DNA from: Adineta vaga
Lineage: Eukaryota > Animalia > Rotifera
Assembly: GCA_021613535.1 (NCBI GenBank)
Contig: CP075495.1
Coordinates: 7,068,001 to 7,132,000, forward strand
DNA: 64,000 nt
Reading direction: 5' to 3'
Shown: positions 55,182-64,000 of the stretch, piece by piece
How positions within the stretch are numbered: position 1 is the first letter of the stretch
Layout: every line of letters starts with the position of its first letter
The notes under the pieces: generated by a model
The model's input: only the letters and a program-made list of their open reading frames with translations
Databases searched by the model: none
Told to the model about the DNA's origin: nothing
Made by a program: the position numbers and the translations under genes

Positions 55182-56133
55182 ATGATTTGGTTTGCCTTTT
55201 TCTTGTGCTTCTAAGTAATCATCTTCTTCTTCATTTTCATATTCAACAAATGATCTTGCTCTTGAACCTTTACGATCATCTTCTCGAAGTGATGGATTTC
55301 GTTTCGCAGATTTTTCTAAATTATCTTTCGAAGTATCGGATTTTTGTGGACGTGCAGCAACAAATGCAACAGCCTACATGAAAAAGAAGAAATTTCTTTT
55401 AGCATTTTGATTGAACTACAACCTAGTGAATAGCTACCTTTCGTCCTTCTTCATATGCACGTTCGACAAGTACTAGAGCAGTAGTAATGTCCACTCCGGA
55501 AAGATTGTAGGTTCCAGCTTGTATCAAATAATCACCTTCCTTTAATATGCCTAAAAAGAATCGAAACACTTCGTATGTATAGTTTATGTCGATGAATAGT
55601 TTTCGAACGTATTCGTAAGAAAATAAAATGAAATAGATTTCTTTTTACCATGCATTTCGATCATTCCGTTCGGTAAAATCTCATCAATAAATACATATTG
55701 TTCGCCTTCAATTTGACCGAGAACTAATCCGATTTCGGCTTCCTAAATAAATGACTATCAATATACATATATACTGAAAGATTCATACTTGTCCAAACCT
55801 TTTCAATCTCAACTGGAATCAATTGATATTCTGTACCATTGAACTAAAAATCCATGAGAAAATTCCAACAATAAAGAATAAATCTTTGTTTACATACTAT
55901 TTGAGATGCTTTCTTTATATCAGTTAGATCAGGAGGCTCGACGACTAAAAAATCGAATCAAATTATGCTTCAGGAGTAAAACGAAGAAGGAATATTACTC
56001 GATGGACGTTGAGCAGATCGTCGATTAGATAATGAAATCTGCTCATAATGGCCACTAAACAAATAATTGGGTTTAAAAAGAAACAGAAAACTAAAATTCT
56101 TTACTTTGCAGTTGTTTTAACATGTATTTGTCC
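55143..56133 (-). CDS. Single PDZ-domain protein, multi-exon (true N-terminus unresolved, upstream of 56133)
   Basis: Spliced exons: PVEIEKEAEIGLVLGQ...VFIDEILPNGMIEMHGILKEGDYLIQAGTYNLSGVDITTALVLVERAYEEGRKAVAFVAARP, then a charged tail ending EDDDTRF*. Confidence 0.75.
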
Positions 56134-57005
56134 CTATAAAACAAGTCAAAGATGATGATTCTGATAAAATAGAAAGTTATTTCTTGCTCAAACTTTTTTA
56201 TTCATCTGTCCGGATTGATTGTTATCTTTAGAATACATCAAAACGTTTTTTTTTTATAATAAGATACTGTTACCTTCGTATTCTTTTGAATAATCACAAA
56301 AACTATTCACATGATATGTTATCTATTCAGTTTTGTTATCAAGATCACCCGACAAAGTATTTACTTTAGTTTTCTTTTATTATGAAATACATTTTTTAAT
56401 TGAATCTTACCAATAGAAAATGATATATGAAACAATATTTAGATATCGATTGCTGCTGTTCTCACATATCTGTATGTTATACATGGCTATCTGCTACAAA
56501 CATCATCCGTCTCAATTACAAAAGAAACATACGTTTTCCTTAAAACTATAAATTAACAGTTAGTCATTCGACTTCAATGATAAGAGTCCGTTATCTTATT
56601 TCATTGAAAGAATGAATTCATATAATTTTATTTCATTTTATTTTCATATCTTTTTGATGAGAACTACACATATAAGCACAAATGACATCAAGCGAAGAGA
56701 GATTATACATCTTTTTCGATGCATAAACACGCTGAGACAACAATCCATAGTAATAGAAATGAAAAAAAGAAAACAACCAAAGAAGAATACCTAATCATTG
56801 ATACAATGATAAGTAGTATACAACAAATAACGAGAAAGAAACAAAAAGAAAATGATGTTGACAATTGAAGATCTATACAAGTGTTGAATTCTCTTAATTG
56901 ATCTTCACTAACAAATAAGGGCAAAAAGAAAAAAAAACAAACAAACTAGACATCGATAAAGAGCGGCTGTTTTTTTTGTCTTTTTGTATATTAATTATTT
57001 TCATT

Positions 57006-57667
57006 TTATTGTGCACCTGCTTTAGCTGATGCTTGAGGTAAACTACCTTGAACTGGTGTCTTCTTGCCAATAAGTGACTATAATATCAAAGAAAATCATG
57101 TTTAAATTTTCAATTCAAAAAAGAAACTACAAAACAAACCTTATGAATATGTGGAATAACACCACCACCAGCAATTGTTGCTTTAATTAATGTATCTAAT
57201 TCTTCATCACCACGAATAGCCAATTGTAAATGACGTGGATTAATACGTTTTACTTTAAGATCTTTGGATGCATTGCCTAATCATATCAAACGAGCGTATA
57301 TTTGTTTATCGTTGTTCGAAAACGAAAAGAAAATGACTAACCAGCAAGTTCAAGTACTTCAGCAGTTAAATATTCAAGAATAGCAGCTGTATATACTGCT
57401 GCAGTTGCACCAACACGGCCATGTGATGTTGTGCGTGATTTTAAATGACGATGAATACGACCTAAGAATGCAAGTTGAATGCTAAATCTGAATGAAATCC
57501 GAAGAACTTACCAACAGGAAATTGAAGACCAGCTCGGGCACTTCGTGAAACAGCTTTGGCTTTAGCTTTACCATGATCTTTACCTATATATAATGAAAAA
57601 TTATGTTTACAAAAAAAAACAACTAGGCCATGAAATAAGTCAACACACCAGCTTTGCCACCGGCCAT
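57006..57667 (-). CDS. H2AZ: Histone variant H2A.Z (H2A.V), 5 exons, extended C-terminal tail
   Basis: [139 protein letters not shown]. Confidence 0.97.
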
Positions 57668-59257
57668 TCTAATTGTCAATAATAATATTCAATAGAGAAA
57701 AATGTGTGAGAAAGAGAAAATAGGTGATGAATGAATCTAGAATAAGGAACAGAGTTTTAACAAATTTATTTCGTTTTCTCTTGAAATAGAATTTAAGAAA
57801 TGTGAATATATCGGTCTCAGCGTTCACTGCATTGTGAATTGAAATCATCGATTGGAATAAAACATCCATCTCAATCACAGTAAGTATCATCATCAACCGA
57901 AAGATGAATTTTATTGAAAGAAGAAAAACATGTACATTATTACATTTAACTGTCTGTATAAGTGATTGTGAATATGCCAACAGCAAATATTCTACTAGTC
58001 AAACAAAGGACATGAATCACGTGAAAATAGAGAAGACGTCGTTCTTTTCCTTTCTTCTAAGCAGCGAGTCGGCGGACTAAATGGAGTCGATGTATATATA
58101 TATATATGTTGTATTTTTTTTCTCAACGAAAGGAAAGAGAGAGAACGAGGAAAAGAATAATAAACCTAACGATCGAATGAATCTATGTGTCTGCGTGCAT
58201 ATGTATATATGTTCGCGGTCGTCGTCAATATAGGGTGAATACACGACATCGGTCAGAATCTGTTTGCATATGGAAGAAAGAAAAGCTAACAAGGTCAAAG
58301 AGGAAAAAGAATGAAAACTAAAGATTTCAATACTATTAACCATTTTACTATAAGACCTTAGTCGTTTTGTACAATATAATTAGTCTGAATAATATTACTT
58401 TAATAAAGTAGAATTTACACGAAAGTAATTAATGAATAGTAAGCTAATTTAGAGAATCTGTTCACTGCATGTTTCTCCTAATTAGCATCTGTAAGAATGT
58501 TGTAAAAGTCAGAAGATATCGATGAAGACATAGAAACCAAATATTCATGATAAATGAATAAGAATAATCTTCTCTATCAAAAGAATTAACGTGTTTTACA
58601 AGTGAAAATTGGATTAGAAATATCATTAGAAAAGATCAGATGAAAAATGATACTTATGCCTGTCTGATAAATATTTGTTTAATTAGAACAACTGTTATGT
58701 CGTCTTCTTCAAATTTAAACAATCATGAAAAGGAGTATATATCATTTTCGATGATGTTTTTAAGAAAAAAATATGATTTTTAATTCGAATTTAATTATTA
58801 AAGATAAACTGATAGACAGAAATTTGTTCAATTCCAAGTTATCACAACACGTAGAATATAAGTTCTTCAATGTTTTATACAAAATTGAATAAGAAAATAT
58901 GAGCTTCATAAATTATACTATTATATGTTTGACATTATTAAGAAAAATCCATTCACATACCTTTATTTTACTTCAATATTTCATTCTTTTCTCTTCTTAC
59001 TGTTTGAATGTCTCACCTTTCACTATGAAAAGTTCAAGGTTATCTGTTCTAATCACAATCAGATAAGAATTTCTCAATTTTATTTTCTTCATATTTACTA
59101 ATAGTATAATATATTAAAATTAACAAAAAGAAATGTGTGCTGATAAATCTAGTTACATATCTTAAATATAATATATACACAAGAAAGTAGAATTCGTGCA
59201 AATGATCGAATAAAACCTGAGAGAAAGGTGCGCATATGTGCAATCGAGAAATAATTC

Positions 59258-60981
59258 TTATTTTTTCTTCGTAACTTTTTTAATTGATTCCATATTTATA
59301 CGTTTACGTTGCTCGAATAAATTCATTTCATGTTCAAGTGAACGCCATTTTTCATCACATTGATCTTTTTGATCTTTATATTGTTTTTTAATATCAGTTA
59401 ATTGTTCATTAATCTAAATAAAAAAAAAGATTTATTTTCTATTTCAATTAAGAATTATTGATTTACTTGTTTTTCGGATTCTCTCAATTCTAATTCTTTT
59501 TCTTTGACTTTTTCAATAAATTTTTCTTTTAATTCATGTTCTCGTTTATCAAGTTCTTGTCGAAGTTCATTACGTTTCATTTCAAGTGTATCACTAATTG
59601 AAATTTGTTTTCCATCAATATTATCTGTAAGACCAAGATCAGTTAAACGATTACGTCGAAAGATTTCATAATGTTTCCAATGTGTTGTTTCAATTAAATC
59701 CAACATATTTTTTTCAATTAAACTATCACGTAATTTTTTAAAATCACAATGATTTTCATTCTCAACTGAAAAAGAAAGAAAAAAAAAACATGTGTGAAAC
59801 GTTTTACTAATAGATGAACAGATTATTAATTTCATCTACAAGGTGACACATGCAAGGAAACATGTTATCCTATCCTTCGATTTTCACATTACTATCAAGG
59901 ATATTTTTAATTCGAGGAAAAAAGAAATCATTTAACAATATATATGCAACATATCAGAGATAATGTAGGATAGAACATATCAAAATGTGAACATCTGGTA
60001 CTATTTAATGCAATGATTCTATCATAATACTTTTTCTCGGAAAAAGACATTGATTTTGTAGTTTGTAACTAACCTTGAACAACACCCCATGGATATTGTC
60101 GAGCTCGTACGTATTGATTTCCAACTTTAACCGTTTCATTACTTCCAACAATAGCTAATGGAAGAAGATTCTTAAAAGAAAATATAATTGATTGTAGAAA
60201 TCTAAAATAACATTACATACATTTGCTTTGAGATTTTCTTCGGCTAATGTTTCATCATCAGTTGGAAAACGATAAATTTTAATTCCAGCTGAATTTAATT
60301 CATTGAGAATATTTTGTTTAAATCTTTGTAATTCATTTTTTGATATCGTATCTGATTTAGCAATAATTGGAATGATATTTACTTTTGTATCGAGATATTT
60401 CATTGTTATTAAATCTAATGCTTTCAATGAATGACCAGTTGGATTGATGAAATACAAACAAACATGCATTCGTGTATCATGATAATTTGCTAAATTTCGT
60501 TTAATTTTTAATTCTTCATCAAGATAAGATTGAAATTGTTCATCGATGAAATCTCCAATGATTTTAAATGAATCATCTTTATTGATTTGATCACCAAAAC
60601 CAGCTGTTTCAACAACAGTTAATTTTAAACGTATTTCACGTTCAAATAAATCATATGTATTTTTACGTAGACATACACGAGTATTATCATGTGTTGATGG
60701 TGTTGAATCTAATCGTGTATTAAATAAACTATCAAGTAATGATGATTTACCACATGCAGTTTCACCAACACATAAGATATTGAAAACAAAACCATCCGAT
60801 ATAGCTTTAGCCATGATTTGATTTGGTAAATTATTAATACCACATTCTTCTTTCAATTCAAATGTACGAATTGATGGAGTCTAGAGGACAATTTTTCGAT
60901 CAATGTTTTTCAACAAAAACTATTTTGATTTACCTCCGATTTTGATAGATTTGGATCTGTTAGACGAAGTACGTCTTTCAT
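59258..60981 (-). CDS. Septin, SEPT6/8/10/11 group, multi-exon
   Basis: [93 protein letters not shown] and a C-terminal coiled coil. Confidence 0.93.
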
Positions 60982-63729
60982 TCTCGAAGTTGTTTTTTTT
61001 TATGATATCTAGAAATCAATAAAAAAAAAGAAAAAGAAGAGCATCGATGAATGAATGTATGTGTATATAGTTAGAAGACAGGAATGATCGATCAATTGGC
61101 ATTTAATACGAAGTGAGAAGAAGAAGAGAAAAAATGCCAAATGACCAATAGTAAAATAAAAGAACAATTTGTGTTTTTTTCGTTATCTTTTGATGAGAGA
61201 AGATGATGATCATCATCATCATACGACATCTGGAATTTCGATGTTGTGCTATTAAAAATTCTTTCTCTACAAAAAGAACAATTTGTTGCACATTTCATTG
61301 TTCTCATTTGTATCGTAATCGAGGTTTACTGATCATTATTTAATCTTTGTTATGTTTATTTGTCTTTTTATCTTCATGTTAGATCATCAATATAAATATA
61401 TATATATAAATTCTTTTCTTTTCTTCATCTTAGCATCCTTCGTTTTTGATGATCATAAACAATGTTTTTCATTATAGTTTGTAACGTTCATTGTTCGAAA
61501 CAATAATCTCTAGAAAGATTATTTATCAAGGTTATTTATTATCATTGATTTCGAAATACAATTTTGAGTTTAAATAAACTCTAGAGATCAAAACAATCAC
61601 TTATTGTATACATTTGTGAAAAAAAGATATTTCCAGCAGATATTATTCATATCAAAAACAAATTATGCTTCGTGGGCATCAAATTGTTTGTCCTTGAAAT
61701 AATGTTTTCGTTACAATTCATTGCATCCTTTCAACTCGAGATATGTCTTTGAGATCTTTCTGTCTGTATTGTTCTATTAATAATATATATATATAGAAAA
61801 AAGTATTTTTGAAAAGCATTAGGGAGTCTCACCAACACTATTTGTTCTATTGAATAATAGAAGAAAAAAAATACTTCGCATGAATAATTAGTTAACTATC
61901 TTCTTTTATCTCTTGTAATTCTTGGATATTTCAATTCAACTCGATTTGATCGTCGAATCGAGAGAGATGACTAATTAAATATCAGTGATTGTTTTCTTTG
62001 CTTAATAATTAAAGTATTTTGTATGTCGTGAAGAAAAAAAACTCATTAGTATACATCCGTTTCTGTACAGTGTCATTGCTTTTTTTTGTATATATGTTTG
62101 CATGAAGTAAAATGATGGAAATTTCCGCATTGTTTGTTAACTATCATCACGTAATCGAATGTCCAATGATTTATCTATCTATTATCCTAGACAAGTCGGA
62201 TTACAGGTGTTTGAATCGGGCAAGAGAAAGCTATGCGTGTGTTCATTTTTCATTCTTAGACTCAAATGTCGGAAATCACTATCGAGAAAGATAAGAGAAT
62301 AATGTTGAATTGATAATCAAACAGAACGATGGACAACTGGACGAGACAAATCAATAGAAAATTGATTGTTATAAAACTCTTGAAACTTTCATTCTGTCTG
62401 TTCATTTTACGATCATTAGTTACGTATTTAAAAATAATCTTGCTTGAATACGTTAGATGCAATCTGATCAGTATAAAAAAAAAGAAATCATTTGGAAATA
62501 AATTACATATGTTCTGATCTTATTTCCCTTTGGAATGTTTCTTTTACATATGTATACCTACAATGTATACGTATGTTCATTATGAATAGAATAAGAAGAC
62601 ATGTATTTTGTGTAAACTTATCATTAGATGTCATACACTTGTCGAACCAACACAAAATATATTTATCTATCCATGTATATATATATATAGATGAAATGAC
62701 AAAGACAAGTATAATCCAACAGTAATTAACGTTTATATATCTAAGCACGTATGAGGTTTCATCATTAGAATTAATTTGTCAGTGGCAATGACAGAAGAGT
62801 AAATCTTTTTGGCAAGGTTTTCTTTTCTTTAGATGATAGATATAAAAAGACAACTAGAACAAGAGCAAAGATGTGCTTCAATAGACATATATATATGGAT
62901 CAATAAAATAGAACGAATAATAGAATGTCTCTTGTTTTAGAACGACATTCATCGTTGTCGTCGTATGTTATTTTAATTTAATAATCAAAAAGAAAACCCG
63001 AGTGCCCGCCATTTTTCTTTTTCTCTTCAAGACGTACAGCAATAGCAATTGAGAAGAAAAACGATGAAGTAAGGCAAATAATAGATGATGAACGCAAGCA
63101 AAAAGAATAGAGAGAGAAGGAGAGCGAGAAAGAGAGGGAGAGAGAGAGAAAGAGAGACCGAAGGTTCTTTACAGAGTATGAAAATGAACACACGATAGTA
63201 AGAATCTAATGAATTGTTAGCCTAAAAATAACTCTAGTTTGTCTTCTCTATTAATTTTCGATTATCACAAATGTTCTTATAAGTAATTTTTTTACAATCA
63301 TTTGTTCACATCTAGAACATAAGAGAAGGATGGTCAATTTTCTTTTCTTCCTTCCTCTCTCTCTCTCTTCTTCTTCCATTGACTGGACACTTCTGTTCTC
63401 TCTTGTTCATCACTTTCGCTTTCTTGCTCGCACAAACATACATACATACATACATACATACAACACAGTAGCACAGTCTTAGCACATCATCACATCACAC
63501 GGTTGGTTCCGAACAACAAAAAAAAGTCTCTCCATATAGTTAAGAGTATCATTCTTTTCTATCGAAGTCGATTGCATCACACACACACATACATACATAT
63601 ACATAGACGATAATGATGACGGCAATTTGCTGTTCTCTTCGTTTCTACTTTTTTTTGCTAAGTTCTTCTTATTCTTATTCTTCTTTTTTTAACATTGAAG
63701 ATTGTTGAATTGAATACATATATCAACAC

Positions 63730-64000
63730 ATGTTTTACTCACTGATCATACTGATCTATTTTAATCACCACCTGCTGTTACATACAACATCAGCATCGTC
63801 ATTATTATTTACACTTGATAATGTACGATATTCGTTATCGGATCGTGTATTGACCATACCTAAATTAGGTGCGCTTCGTGGCATTCATATTGATTATGAA
63901 AATGAATATCATAAAAAGTATAACCTTGTTAATGTCGAAGCATTTCTTGGTATACAATATGGATTATATCATGGAAGATTTGAACCATCAAAAGAACGTT
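63730..64000 (+). CDS. N-terminal fragment of a carboxylesterase-family / neuroligin-like protein (runs off window)
   Basis: Open frame from ATG: signal-like MFYSLIILIYF..., then RVLTIPKLGALRG...VEAFLGIQYG...RFEPS, matching the COesterase N-terminal pattern G.lrG...v..FlGipY...RF.pp. Confidence 0.7.
   Translation, partial: MFYSLIILIYFNHHLLLHTTSASSLLFTLDNVRYSLSDRVLTIPKLGALRGIHIDYENEYHKKYNLVNVEAFLGIQYGLYHGRFEPSKER

Noticed and set aside
61000-63700. Short ORFs and (ACAT)n/(GA)n repeats between septin and the neuroligin-like gene
   Set aside because: No coherent splice pattern or protein motif; consistent with divergent promoter and UTR sequence.

Overview
AT-rich, gene-dense eukaryotic DNA with about 20 protein-coding genes, most broken by very short (~50-70 bp) GT-AG introns. 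This architecture, plus bacterial-type enzymes among ordinary metazoan genes, suggests a bdelloid rotifer (inference, not proven). Recognisable genes from hand-spliced translations: COMMD5, ENKD1, TMCC/TEX28, REEP1-4-like, mind bomb (apparently lacking its N-terminal MZM region), a GT47/exostosin-like glycosyltransferase, GRDP/DUF1399, a GH13 oligo-1,6-glucosidase, a class A GPCR, a sushi/LamG/EGF protein, a B-box + P-loop fusion, CCDC146, a 13-repeat protein, a beta-propeller phytase, a PDZ protein, histone H2A.Z, a SEPT6-group septin and the start of a neuroligin/carboxylesterase. The main hidden signal is a pair of highly divergent STAT-like genes (22.6-26.6 kb and 30.7-33.9 kb, minus strand). 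They are nearly invisible in the ORF track but share DNA-binding, linker and SH2 motifs, a post-SH2 'YKP' tyrosine and several intron positions. No rRNA, tRNA, CRISPR array or intact transposon was seen. Coordinates of multi-exon genes were read by eye and may be off by a few bases.
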